DNA of 63,820 bases, filler included, from 5 parts of 5 records of this genome joined end to end with filler, not necessarily neighbours in it; one strand, 5' to 3'; counted from the whole stretch's first letter, positions 1 through 11,869 are shown. A program made the numbers and translations. The notes: generated by a model from the letters alone, not told the origin.

Positions 1-139
1 GTTGGGAAAATGGTCCCCGCCTTCGCTTGCGGGCGATAGGTTTTGGGTTTGCATAACAGGATCGAGAGCGGAACCCTCGATGATGAAGAGTTCCGCTCTG
101 ACTTCAGCGCACAAGGTTCGGTAGAGAGAGGCGTTTATA

Positions 140-167
140 TAGTCCGATAAGCAAGATTATGTAAATA
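140..167 (+). other. dif-like XerC/XerD recombination site
   Basis: TAGTCCGATAA-GCAAGA-TTATGTAAATA: 11-6-11 layout. Left arm ends in ATAA and right arm starts TTATGT. Resembles deltaproteobacterial dif (xxGTCCGATAA-N6-TTATGTAAAxx, recalled). Intergenic. Confidence 0.7.
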
Positions 168-364
168 ATAACAACCTATCATCCTCGAGTTCTCATCGTG
201 ATGTGGTGCGGTCGCGGGGCTTTGTAAACCGTGGGCGAATGTGCCGAGTCCACGCGAGTACAGGTTCGAGGTGGCGTCTGACTCGCTCGAGTTCGAGCCG
301 GTAGTTCAAACCAGTGAATCCAACCAACTGGGCACGAACCAGCTTTAGAGCTCGGAAGCAGCAC

Positions 365-922
365 CTACCGCTGTGGAATCATCCTGACCTGGAGCATCCT
401 GTGATGGAAGTCGTGGTGTGATTCGAAGGTGAAGTCGAGGCGACTGTCGAGCTCGCCAAAGAGCGTGACGCCACCACCGAGCACCACGGGGAGGTAAGTG
501 ATGATCATCTCGTCGACGAGCCCAGCCACGAGCGCCTGGCGAATAAGCGAGCCTCCATCGAGGTAAATATCTCTGGCGCCAGCGGCGACTTTGGCGTCCT
601 CGATGATCTCTTCGATGGTGCCGCTGACAGCCTCGACCTTGCCGGGAGGATTCTCGATCGTTCGATGCGTGACGACACGGATCGGAAGATCATCATATGG
701 CCAGGGCACAAAATCAGAGACCACATCGAACGTGCGACGCCCCATCAACATCACCCCGATGTCGGCCAAAAAATCCTCGTAGGAGACACCCTCCTCCTTC
801 TCATTACTGGCTCCCGTCTCGTGCTCGTGGAGCCAGGATAGATCATCGTCCGGGCCAGCAATGTAGCCATCAAGAGAGCTCGCCATATACACTCGAACGC
901 GGCCGCCGACTTCCTCTCGCAT
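365..922 (-). CDS. dihydrofolate reductase family protein (RibD C-terminal domain)
   Basis: Motifs YMASSLDGYIA, MGRRTF, YLDGG, LVDEMIITYLPVVLGGG; GGAGGAG RBS. Confidence 0.9.
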   Translation of the reverse strand: MREEVGGRVRVYMASSLDGYIAGPDDDLSWLHEHETGASNEKEEGVSYEDFLADIGVMLMGRRTFDVVSDFVPWPYDDLPIRVVTHRTIENPPGKVEAVSGTIEEIIEDAKVAAGARDIYLDGGSLIRQALVAGLVDEMIITYLPVVLGGGVTLFGELDSRLDFTFESHHDFHHRMLQVRMIPQR

Positions 923-1114
923 CTCTCCTCCTTATAAAAAATACAACCTCATCCTCTTCCCGAGGAGAGAGCATAACTCGGTTCGCATCTGGCATTCTTC
1001 CATCAAATCGATGCTCAAACGATCAGGAGTGTTTCTTCCCTTCTGGCGTCAAAAAGTCCACACTGGAGATCCACTGGGTCTTTGACCCGAGCCACGGTTT
1101 CTCAGGATTCATTT

Positions 1115-1300
1115 ATGGACGAGAAGTATTATCGAGAATGGATGGAGCGCTGGGACAAGCATGACCGAATCGGGACCATGCTCCATCGCGCCATCGAACG
1201 CGGCGAAGCCAGGATCGTCGATCTTGGCGAGGGCGCTGTCGCTGAAGACGCTGACAACGGCGAGCAGGAGCAGCACGATGAGAAGCCTCCGAAGCCTTGA
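1115..1300 (+). CDS. small acidic hypothetical protein (61 aa)
   Basis: ATG preceded by AGGA; protein-like composition; fills the gap before the hydrolase. Confidence 0.4.
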   Translation: MDEKYYREWMERWDKHDRIGTMLHRAIERGEARIVDLGEGAVAEDADNGEQEQHDEKPPKP

Positions 1301-1353
1301 TTTCGCCTGCTCGAACGTAAACTTACACCTCTGAATACCCCTGTATTTTTTTC

Positions 1354-2136
1354 ATGCCTTACCTGGACCGAGATGGCGTGCGTCTCTACTTCGAGACGCG
1401 CGGACAACGGCGGCGCTCGAGCTTGCCGATCCTGATGCAACACCCGCTCTGCTCGAACCTGCACCACTTCGATGACACGACGCTCCCAGGGCGTCTGCTC
1501 GATCAGGGCCACTTCTTGATCTTTCCCGAATCGATCGCTCACGGTCGCACAGGTGTCCCCACGGGCATGGACCCAAAGCGCTTCACGCTCGCCGAGCGAG
1601 CGCGCGACGTGCTCGCGATCCTCGACGCGCTCGAGGTCGACAGGTTCGCCTATTGTGGCTACTCGATGGGGACGTGGATCGGCCGCGGTGTGATCGCGCA
1701 GGCGCCAGAGCGCGTGCTCGCAGCCTCACTCGGTGGATTCGACATCGAGCGAGGTTCGCATACCTCGGGGATGCCGCATCGCTTGACGCGATCTCGACTC
1801 GGACACCGGCTGCTCAGAGGTTACTCGCACTGGTCTGGTTCTCGGTTGATCCCCGGAGTGGATGACATCGACGCGTTGCAGCGGTGTTTTTTGGAGCTCT
1901 ACAAGCCGATGCCGCCCATAGAGACGCTCCATGAATGGGGTGGGCCCCTGCTCCTCTGGTCGGGAAGACGCGACCTCTATCATGGGCCAATGAAGCGCTC
2001 CTCTCGCAAGCTACCGAATGCTTCATTCCACGACTTCCCTGGGAATCACTTCTCATCATCGAGCGATGAGCGCCTCGTGGAACCGATCCTAGAGGTCATG
2101 TCTCACGGAAAGCGCGACTTCCTCCACAACGCTTGA
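1354..2136 (+). CDS. alpha/beta fold hydrolase
   Basis: GYSMG nucleophile elbow, DGVRLYFE start, HG.T motif, candidate catalytic Asp (GRRD) and His (GNHF). Confidence 0.85.
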   Translation: MPYLDRDGVRLYFETRGQRRRSSLPILMQHPLCSNLHHFDDTTLPGRLLDQGHFLIFPESIAHGRTGVPTGMDPKRFTLAERARDVLAILDALEVDRFAYCGYSMGTWIGRGVIAQAPERVLAASLGGFDIERGSHTSGMPHRLTRSRLGHRLLRGYSHWSGSRLIPGVDDIDALQRCFLELYKPMPPIETLHEWGGPLLLWSGRRDLYHGPMKRSSRKLPNASFHDFPGNHFSSSSDERLVEPILEVMSHGKRDFLHNA

Positions 2137-2341
2137 GAAGCGCCGGTAAACCAACACACGACTCCACACGATACGACAATGGCAGCAGGTTTTGGGATGG
2201 CGTCATAGAGTATTATGTAAATTCATTTTATAAAAATGACCGAGAAATGACCTTCACGTCCGGGCGACATTTGCATACCGCCCTTCCCTGAAAGCCACAG
2301 AATCCCCTCTTCGATGAGTGATGAGTATCGAAAGCTGCGCT

Positions 2342-2749
2342 CTAGACGCGCTCGCCAGCGGGCTGCTGATCCTTGGCCTCGAGCATGGGAGGAGGCCAAC
2401 CCCAGGCCACGCCTTCTATAGCGAGCGCCATGCTGCAAAACGAGATGGCGCCATACCACATCGGCTCGAAGAACTTCGGATCCTGGAACATGGCAAAGAA
2501 TGCGCCGATCACGAGCGCCATCGTCATCCAGCTGCTCGCGACGAGGAAGTCGCGCGCCCAACCCTTGCCCTTCTTCTCGTTGAAGTGTGCGAGCTGTACG
2601 AAGCCAAGGACCGCGAGGACGCAGAGCTGGCCAAAACTTCCCGAACGCACGAGCGCGCCCTCGCCAACCTCGACCGTGGCAATGATCACCATCGCGCCCA
2701 GCAAGATCGAGCCGACCAGCGCGCGCACGTAAACACTCTTGTCTTTCAT
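2342..2749 (-). CDS. small integral membrane protein (about 4 TM helices)
   Basis: Start re-called at MKDKSVY after a GAGG RBS; four hydrophobic segments. Confidence 0.65.
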   Translation of the reverse strand: MKDKSVYVRALVGSILLGAMVIIATVEVGEGALVRSGSFGQLCVLAVLGFVQLAHFNEKKGKGWARDFLVASSWMTMALVIGAFFAMFQDPKFFEPMWYGAISFCSMALAIEGVAWGWPPPMLEAKDQQPAGERV

Positions 2750-2912
2750 CGCTTCCTCGCTCCTTGTCGCAAGCCTCAAAGCTATGTCCCGTGCCCGACA
2801 TCGACACGGCGAGCATGTGGCTGTAGCAAAGAGTGGCTCGCGCGTTGCAATCTCGAAGATGGGCGTGGATGATGGCGTCCTCCCATTTACACCCCCCGAC
2901 GAGGAGTTGTGT

Positions 2913-3722
2913 ATGAAGGACTCTCTGGATGGAAAGGTCGTCATCCTCACCGGCGCATCGAGCGGCATAGGCAAGGCGCTCGCGATCGCGCTGGCGAGAC
3001 AGGGCGCATCATTGGTTTTGGCCGCGCGGCGTGCTGACAAGCTCCACGCCGTCGCTGGTGATTGTCGCGATCTTGGCGCCAAGGTCCTCGTCCAACCGAC
3101 GGATGTGGCGGATATGGAGGCGTGCAAATCACTGGTGGATGCCACCATCGACAAGTTCGGCCGCGTGGATGTCCTGATCAACAACGCCGGGATCATGATG
3201 TGGTCGAGGTTCGATGAGACCGACGATCTCGCGACCGCTGATAAGGTCATGCGCGTCAACTACCTCGGCAGCGTCTATTGCACGCGCTACGCCCTCCCCC
3301 ACCTGAAGAAGACTGGCGGGCGCGTCGTGGCGATCATCAGCCTCGCAGGCATCACCGGGGTGCCGACGAGGTCGTTTTACTCGGCGAGCAAGCACGCGAT
3401 GACCGGGTTCTTCGACTCCATCCGCATCGAGCTCAAGGAGGACGGCGTCTCGGTGACGAGCATCTTCCCAGGGTTTGTCGCGATCGAAGATCGCGGGCGC
3501 GCGTTGAGCGGGGATGGCAAGGCGATCGGGAAGTCACCCGTGGACGAGTCCAAGGCGATGACCGCGAAAGAGTGCGCCGAGATCATCGTCGAAGCGACCG
3601 CCTCGCGAAGAAGAGAGGTGATCATGCACCCCACAGGTCGTTGGGGTCAGGTGATCAAGGCGATCGCGCCAGGACTGATCGACCTCCTCGCGATGCGAAC
3701 CTTGAAGAAGTACAAGTCTTGA
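2913..3722 (+). CDS. short-chain dehydrogenase/reductase (SDR)
   Basis: TGASSGIG, NNAG and YSASK motifs; GAGGAG RBS before ATG 2913. Confidence 0.95.
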   Translation: MKDSLDGKVVILTGASSGIGKALAIALARQGASLVLAARRADKLHAVAGDCRDLGAKVLVQPTDVADMEACKSLVDATIDKFGRVDVLINNAGIMMWSRFDETDDLATADKVMRVNYLGSVYCTRYALPHLKKTGGRVVAIISLAGITGVPTRSFYSASKHAMTGFFDSIRIELKEDGVSVTSIFPGFVAIEDRGRALSGDGKAIGKSPVDESKAMTAKECAEIIVEATASRRREVIMHPTGRWGQVIKAIAPGLIDLLAMRTLKKYKS

Positions 3723-3742
3723 TAGGATGAATCGTGGCGCCT

Positions 3743-4273
3743 ATGACCTCACAGCGATTGCGCGCGCTGCTCGTTTCAGGGTTTCTTCTGTGCATTTCTG
3801 CGCCGTCGAGCGCGCTCGCGCAATCGACCGAGACCTCCCAGGAAGAGGCGCGAAGGTTCTATACGACGACCACGGTGGGGTTGCTCGTCGGATTGCCGCT
3901 CACGATCATCAACAACGCCGCGGGGAACCCGGCTGATGATTCTGCGCTGGCGCTCAGCTCCGTGAGCACGAACTTTATCCAGTTGACCAACCTGTCTTCG
4001 AGCACGAGCGCGGCGCACATCGAGGCAGCGCGTATGTTCGCGCGGCAGAATCAGACCACGCTCTCGATGGAGTTGGCGTTCGGGGATGGTCCTGTCTCGA
4101 GGGAGCTCCTCGTGACGCTCGGTTTGCCTGTGGCTGCGCTCGATATCAGCGCGCGAAGAGCGCGTGTTCGCGAGGAACACGCGCTCCTGCTTTGTGAGCT
4201 GGCGAAACTCGGCGCTGACGAGGAGAACATCTTCCTCGAGCTCTTCTTTCGAGCGGTTTATCTGCCGCTGTGA
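3743..4273 (+). CDS. exported protein, DUF3015-like
   Basis: Signal peptide ending ALA-Q; S/T-rich stretch followed by F..QN...L..ELAFGDGP, resembling DUF3015. Confidence 0.55.
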   Translation: MTSQRLRALLVSGFLLCISAPSSALAQSTETSQEEARRFYTTTTVGLLVGLPLTIINNAAGNPADDSALALSSVSTNFIQLTNLSSSTSAAHIEAARMFARQNQTTLSMELAFGDGPVSRELLVTLGLPVAALDISARRARVREEHALLLCELAKLGADEENIFLELFFRAVYLPL

Positions 4274-4276
4274 CGC

Positions 4277-6118
4277 TCACTCCATGAGCGCCGTGCGTGG
4301 GAAGTGCTGCATCTGCTCGGGGCTAAACTGAACCGTGACGCGCGCTTCTCGCAATGAATCGAACGCCGTGCTGCGGGATTCATCGAGCTCGTCACACTCC
4401 CAGAACAGGAGCAATCCTTGCTCGACCATCAGATCGAGCGCCTCGCGAAAACGCTTCTTCAGGCGCTTGACGCGAACGCGCCGAGACTCCATCCCGGCCC
4501 AATCGTAGAGCGTGCCGAGCCTCGGCTTAAAGATGCCATCATCCATCACGCGATCATCACGCACAGAGGTGTACGCCCCCATGTAAGCGCGGTTGATGAT
4601 GGTCCAGTAGAGGTTGAATGGGAGCGAGGAGCGCTCGTCGAGGCCGAACGCTCGCTCGTCGATGAGCATGAACGAGGGCGTGCCGCCATCCTTCTCGGGG
4701 AGGGTCATCTCCCAGAGCGCCTTGGCGATGGACCAGGAGCGGAACGAGTGGTGTTCGCTCATCCCCTCGCGGTCCTCGATCGAGAGCTCGAGCTTTGCCT
4801 TTCGTGGCTCGATAAGCGGCCCTGACCACTTCATGTCGATCTTTCGCCCTTTCTCGTCACGGCCCTTGATCTGGCGGTGAAGCACGAGCGTCTCGAGCAA
4901 ATGTAGGGCATCCTGTACGCGCTTTCGGTGGCGTTTGTTCTCGGGGTTAAACCCGATGATACGGCACAACCTGTAGCCCGAATCCGTGTCCCAAAACGTC
5001 CCGTCCCAGTCAAAACTTAGCCTCCTGTCACGGTGCGCGGCGGCGAAAACACCCGCGCAAACACGAGGCAAATGCTCGAACACGTTGGAGTCGATGTTGA
5101 GCTTCTCGATGGCGATCATCAACGCATCGAGGACGTTGGGGCGATCCTCATCGAGCTCTAGCGCGACGAACATATCCGCCTTGTCGCGGTCATCTCTGGC
5201 GACGAGGTCCCGGTCAAAGAAGAGCAGCTGCTGCTGCCCGCTCTTGGCCTTGACGACACGGCTCAATGCGCCCTCGAGCGAGGATCGAATCACCCCCGTG
5301 TCCTCGTTCACGGCGAGCTCCGCCTCGGGGGAGCGGGAGACGAAGAAGGTCGAGATGTTGTTCGATTCTCTGGGCAAAGAATAGAACGGCTTCATCGGCA
5401 AGCGAGGATGCTGCCTCGTGAGCGCCTCCTGGCATTCTGAAAGCAGCGCGCCTTTGTGAGCGCTCACGATCTGGAACAGCGAGCCCTTCTTTGGCCACGT
5501 CGACTGGTGCGTCGCGTAGAGGACCAACATCCTGGCGGCCAGATCGAGCTCGGTCGTGTTGGTGTGAACGGCCGAGAGCAACAGGTGGCGAATCACGCGG
5601 TGGCGGACCCTCTCGACGTAGATGTCGTGCGGGACCCGGACGAAGCCTTCATCCTCGAGCGCGCTTGTATCACCGCGATGGCGCTCGATCCTCTCGAGGT
5701 TCACCAGGGGGTCTCCGGGACCCCACCAGGGCCTCTCTTCATCGAAGCCAAACCCGGTGCGAAACTCGAGCGCTTCGGTAAACCCGCTGTAGAACTCGAT
5801 ATCGTTGGTGAGCAGGTTTTTGCCCGATTCATAGCGATCCGCCAGGCGCTTCTTGTGGTGAAGCAAGGCGCGCAGCATCTCGTGTCGATGCCGAAAAACG
5901 CGCAATCGCCACTCCGCGGGGCGCTCCTCATCGGAGGTGCTCCAGCAGATGAGCTCGTGGGTGAGCCTGACGTATGGGTTCTCCTCCTGGTCGAGCTCGA
6001 GGGTGTCCCAGACCTCATCCTCGGGCGGATGCTCGTTCAAATAAGTTCGCGTCTCGTTGACGAACTCATTGCGCTTGAACCAATCAGGCAATGTCTCGAG
6101 TAGAGTATTCAGCAGCAT
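4277..6118 (-). CDS. hypothetical protein with TrfA/Rep-like tandem winged-helix C-terminal half
   Basis: 613-aa ORF. Segments YRLCRIIG...RKRVQDALHLL and LGTLYDWAGMESRRVRVKRLKKRFREALDLMVEQGLL resemble Rep initiator winged helices; QQLLFF clamp-binding-like motif. The CDS is solid; the function is inferred. Confidence 0.6.
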   Translation of the reverse strand: MLLNTLLETLPDWFKRNEFVNETRTYLNEHPPEDEVWDTLELDQEENPYVRLTHELICWSTSDEERPAEWRLRVFRHRHEMLRALLHHKKRLADRYESGKNLLTNDIEFYSGFTEALEFRTGFGFDEERPWWGPGDPLVNLERIERHRGDTSALEDEGFVRVPHDIYVERVRHRVIRHLLLSAVHTNTTELDLAARMLVLYATHQSTWPKKGSLFQIVSAHKGALLSECQEALTRQHPRLPMKPFYSLPRESNNISTFFVSRSPEAELAVNEDTGVIRSSLEGALSRVVKAKSGQQQLLFFDRDLVARDDRDKADMFVALELDEDRPNVLDALMIAIEKLNIDSNVFEHLPRVCAGVFAAAHRDRRLSFDWDGTFWDTDSGYRLCRIIGFNPENKRHRKRVQDALHLLETLVLHRQIKGRDEKGRKIDMKWSGPLIEPRKAKLELSIEDREGMSEHHSFRSWSIAKALWEMTLPEKDGGTPSFMLIDERAFGLDERSSLPFNLYWTIINRAYMGAYTSVRDDRVMDDGIFKPRLGTLYDWAGMESRRVRVKRLKKRFREALDLMVEQGLLLFWECDELDESRSTAFDSLREARVTVQFSPEQMQHFPRTALME

Positions 6119-6325
6119 GACATCCGTGTGCTTGTTGCTCTCAGCGTCAATCCACCTTCTGCGCTCGCCATCGTTTGCTTCATCCTTAAAGCGCCCACAA
6201 CGCTGAGTTTGTGGGGTTCATCCATACGCGAGCAGCCCAGAACAACAAAAGCGTGCACCGATCCCGAGGATCTCTGCAAGTGCCATGGTTCACTCGCCCA
6301 AAACGTCCCAGCTTTGGCGGATCGA

Positions 6326-6425
6326 NNNNNNNNNNNNNNNNNNNNNNNNNNNNNNNNNNNNNNNNNNNNTTAATTAATTAANNNNNNNNNNNNNNNNNNN
6401 NNNNNNNNNNNNNNNNNNNNNNNNN
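6326..6425. other. artificial contig linker
   Basis: N44-TTAATTAATTAA-N44. Confidence 0.99.
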
Positions 6426-8660
<2,235 letters not shown>

Positions 8661-8671
8661 ATCATGAAGAC

Positions 8672-8750
8672 AGAAAAACCGGCCAAGGCCGGTTTTTCCA
8701 CCCAATAGGAAAAGCCCCGTTGCCTGGTTTGAGGCGGCGGGGCTTTTCTT
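8672..8750 (+). terminator. two stem-loops after infB
   Basis: GAAAAACCGGCC-AA-GGCCGGTTTTTC and AAAAGCCCCG...CGGGGCTTTT followed by T-rich sequence. Confidence 0.65.
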
Positions 8751-8756
8751 ATGGCT

Positions 8757-8812
8757 CTAGCGCTTTGGCCCGAAAATCGGAATCTATTTTCGGATAGCAC
8801 GGCGCTTTGAAG
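8757..8812. repeat. degenerate rhizobial RIME-like intergenic palindrome
   Basis: CCGAAAAT-CGGAATCT-ATTTTCGG hairpin flanked by GCGCTTT; resembles short rhizobial intergenic repeats (recalled). Confidence 0.4.
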
Positions 8813-9274
8813 AAGAAACGGGCCGCATGACGCGACCCGTTTTGACCCGCATTTGAGAGGAGGGAGATTGGCCGAGCGGGGAGCGGCCAGACAAAGCGCT
8901 TCAGCTATTGAAGGAGGAGGAGATCTTAAAGCGCTTTGAAACATGTGAAGCTGAGTATTCTGGTCGGTAAACTCCTTTGTGACCGACCCGAAGGCGGTGA
9001 CATCAACTATCCTGTTTGTTTTTTAGCGCAGGAATGGCTGAAGTGGTTTGCGCTGAATCAAGTGTCTGTCTTTTGGTTCGGTCTTTTCGATTTCAAGAAG
9101 ACGCGAACCCCGGAATCCGAGTTTGACTGGTTTCCGCCGCACTGCTTCAACCATTGATTTTCGCCCGATGAAGGTTTAAACGACAGCCAAACGACAGAGA
9201 CGTGTCCGGCCGGGTTCGATCCCCGTGAGCAACCGGGCCGGATGAAACAATGAGACAACTGATCCAGGAATAAT

Positions 9275-9694
9275 ATGACGAGAGCTTCCTCTTCGGCGCC
9301 CTCCCAGCGCATGCTTCGCGTTGGCGAACAGGTTCGTGCCGCTTTGACCAAGGTGTTGCAGCGCGGTGAAGTCCGCGACCCGCTGATTGAAAAGACCGTA
9401 ATTTCGATTTCCGAAGTGCGCATGTCACCCGATCTGAAGGTGGCGACAGCCTATGTCACACCGTTGGGCCAGCAGGACCATGAGGCATTGGTCAGCGCCT
9501 TAAATCATCATGCGAAATTCATGCGCGGTCGCATTACGCGCGAACTGCGGCAGATGAAATATATGCCGGAACTGCGCTTCCGAGACGATACGAGTTTTGA
9601 GAACTTCCGCAAGATTGATGAGCTTTTGCACTCGCCGGAAGTGGTGCGCGATCTTGATCGCGATGACGATGAAAACGGTGAGGGCGGAAACTGA
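9275..9694 (+). CDS. rbfA: ribosome-binding factor A
   Basis: [29 protein letters not shown]; synteny with infB and truB. Confidence 0.98.
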   Translation: MTRASSSAPSQRMLRVGEQVRAALTKVLQRGEVRDPLIEKTVISISEVRMSPDLKVATAYVTPLGQQDHEALVSALNHHAKFMRGRITRELRQMKYMPELRFRDDTSFENFRKIDELLHSPEVVRDLDRDDDENGEGGN

Positions 9695-10626
9695 TGGCGC
9701 GGCAGAGAAAACCGAAAGGCCGCCCGATTTCCGGCTGGGTCATCCTCGACAAGCCAGTTGATTTCGGTTCCACCGAAGCGGTTTCGAAGATCAAATGGCT
9801 GTTCAAGGCGCAGAAAGCCGGTCACGCCGGTACGCTAGATCCGTTGGCTTCCGGCATGTTGCCGATTGCACTTGGCGATGCCACCAAAACGGTTCCTTAC
9901 GTGATGGATGGTCGCAAGATCTATGAGTTCACGGTGTCCTGGGGTGAAGAGCGTTCCACCGACGATCTTGAAGGCGAGGTGACCAGGACCTCCGATAATC
10001 GCCCGGTGCGTGAGGCGATTGAAGCGCTTCTGGAAAAATACACCGGCGTGATCGAGCAGGTGCCGCCGCAATTTTCCGCAATCAAGATTGATGGCGCGCG
10101 CGCCTATGATCTGGCACGCGGGGGCGAAACAGTTGATATTCCGACCCGAGAAGTAGAGATACATCGTCTGACGCTGCTGGGGTGCCCGGATGAAAATACG
10201 GCCGAGTTTGAAGTCGAATGCGGCAAGGGCACCTATGTCCGTGCGCTCGCCCGCGATTTCGGCCGTGACCTGGGCTGCTATGGCCATATTTCAGCGTTGC
10301 GCCGGCCATATGTCGCGCCGTTTTCCGAGGAAATGCTGGTTCCGCTGGCCGATCTGACGGCACTGGAAGAGATCGAAGACGATGCCGAACGCTTTGCTGC
10401 GCTTGAGGCGCTTCTCATCGATACTTCGGAAGCGCTGGTGAACCTTCCTCATGTGCCGGTGACGGATGAACAGGCGCGGCGACTGAAGCTTGGCAATCCA
10501 ATCATTCTGCGGGGGCAGTATGCACCGGTTGAGGAGCCGGAAGCCTATGCGTCTCTCGCTGGCCGCCTGATCGCAATCGGTGAGATTGCGCAGGGACAGT
10601 TCAAGCCAAGGCGGGTGTTCGGGTGA
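9694..10626 (+). CDS. truB: tRNA pseudouridine(55) synthase
   Basis: [35 protein letters not shown]. Confidence 0.99.
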   Translation: MARQRKPKGRPISGWVILDKPVDFGSTEAVSKIKWLFKAQKAGHAGTLDPLASGMLPIALGDATKTVPYVMDGRKIYEFTVSWGEERSTDDLEGEVTRTSDNRPVREAIEALLEKYTGVIEQVPPQFSAIKIDGARAYDLARGGETVDIPTREVEIHRLTLLGCPDENTAEFEVECGKGTYVRALARDFGRDLGCYGHISALRRPYVAPFSEEMLVPLADLTALEEIEDDAERFAALEALLIDTSEALVNLPHVPVTDEQARRLKLGNPIILRGQYAPVEEPEAYASLAGRLIAIGEIAQGQFKPRRVFG

Positions 10627-10703
10627 GTGGAAAGCGCTCGCTTGCAACGGCGTGGGCTTGATATTCAGATCAAGGGAAGGGCTGCATGTGCCGCCCTTTC
10701 TTT

Positions 10704-11324
10704 TTATCTGACCAGGCGTTGCAGCGGTTCTGTCAGAAAGCCGGAGGCCATCGCGCGGAACGCCTCAATGGATTTTGGCAAACGCGCATCCGGGGTGTCG
10801 TCTGCAGCAACCCAAAGTGCGGCGTTCAAGGCTGCCCCCGTTAGAAGCCGTGCCGCCACTTCGGCGTCAACCGGTTTCATGATGCCATCGGCGATCAGTT
10901 CTTTTACCGCAGCATGGGTTTCCTGAAGGCAGGCATTCTGGCTTGGCCATTGCGACGGGTCGCCGAGAAAGGCCGGCCCATCAAGCAATACGATGCGCTG
11001 TACTTCAGGTTCAAGCGCCATTTCTATATAGGCGATGCCTTCGGCCATCAGCGCTCCCCACTTTGTTTTTTCCGCTTCTGCCTTTTGGCGCGCCCGGTCT
11101 GCCAGTCCACTGTCGATCTGATCGACCACGGCCGCCAGAAGCCCGCGCTTGTCGCCAAAATTGTGATAGAGCGCACCGCGTGTCAGTCCTGCCTCTGCGG
11201 TCAGGTCATCCATCGAGGCTGCGGCATAACCTTTCTCGGCAAAAGCTTTTCGCGCAGCAGTAACCAGCTTCGCACGGTTCTCCTCCATTTTCTCGGAGCG
11301 GGATTTCGCCAAACGTGCCTCCAT
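10704..11324 (-). CDS. TetR/AcrR family transcriptional regulator
   Basis: HTH AGLTRGALYHNFGDK; start is ATG 11324 or TTG 11312 (after GGAGG). Confidence 0.93.
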   Translation of the reverse strand: MEARLAKSRSEKMEENRAKLVTAARKAFAEKGYAAASMDDLTAEAGLTRGALYHNFGDKRGLLAAVVDQIDSGLADRARQKAEAEKTKWGALMAEGIAYIEMALEPEVQRIVLLDGPAFLGDPSQWPSQNACLQETHAAVKELIADGIMKPVDAEVAARLLTGAALNAALWVAADDTPDARLPKSIEAFRAMASGFLTEPLQRLVR

Positions 11325-11329
11325 TTCAA

Positions 11330-11395
11330 ATACGCTTCGTATGTTAATTGACATGCGAAGCGTATATCATTAAGTCTTATATACGCCGTGTATAT
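11330..11395. promoter_or_regulatory. three palindromic TetR operator candidates around a TTGACA -35
   Basis: ATACG-CTT-CGTAT (11330), ATGCG-AAG-CGTAT (11353), ATACG-CCG-TGTAT (11381); TTGACA at 11348. Confidence 0.7.
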
Positions 11396-11470
11396 GAATG
11401 TAGCGCATTGCATGAAAGCTTGCATCGCTCATTTCATGCATTTTGCCAAAAATATGAAGAAAGGCTACCT

Positions 11471-11869
11471 ATGACCGCAAGAGAAGCCATTTTCCCCAGT
11501 AACCGCCACGCACTTTATGAAGCGCATAAATACTCGGCGGCCATTCGCTCGGGCGACCTGCTGTTCGTTTCCGGCCAGGTCGGCAGTCGTGACGATGGTA
11601 CACCCGAGCCCGAGTTCGAAGCACAGGTGCGCCGGGCATTCGATAACCTCTCCGGCACATTAAAGGCGGGCGGATGCACATTCGATGACATCATCGACGT
11701 GACATCGTTTCACACTGATCCCGAAAACCAGCTTGAAGCAGTTCTGGCGGTCAAAAACGAGATCTTCAATACGCAACCTTATCCCAACTGGACAGCGTTG
11801 GGCGTCACCTGGCTTGCCGGATTTGACTTTGAAATAAAGGTCATCGCCCGCGTGCCGGAAACGGCTTAG
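11471..11869 (+). CDS. RidA/YjgF family protein
   Basis: YSAAIRSGDLLFVSGQVG, PYPNWTA.GV..L, FEIKVIA. Confidence 0.92.
   Translation: MTAREAIFPSNRHALYEAHKYSAAIRSGDLLFVSGQVGSRDDGTPEPEFEAQVRRAFDNLSGTLKAGGCTFDDIIDVTSFHTDPENQLEAVLAVKNEIFNTQPYPNWTALGVTWLAGFDFEIKVIARVPETA

Noticed and set aside
35-180. Imperfect long inverted repeat (GATAGGTT...AACCTATC) enclosing the hairpin AGAGCGGAAC...GTTCCGCTCT, as a MITE or ncRNA
   Set aside because: Single copy, needs indels, no target-site duplication; partly explained by the dif arm.
6326-6425. TTAATTAATTAA palindrome within N runs (four copies)
   Set aside because: Artificial six-frame-stop contig linker. Genes on either side are not neighbours and ORFs running into it are artefacts.
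9205-9242. GGTTCGATCCC resembling a tRNA T-loop
   Set aside because: No acceptor stem, D-arm or anticodon arm; it is a simple hairpin.
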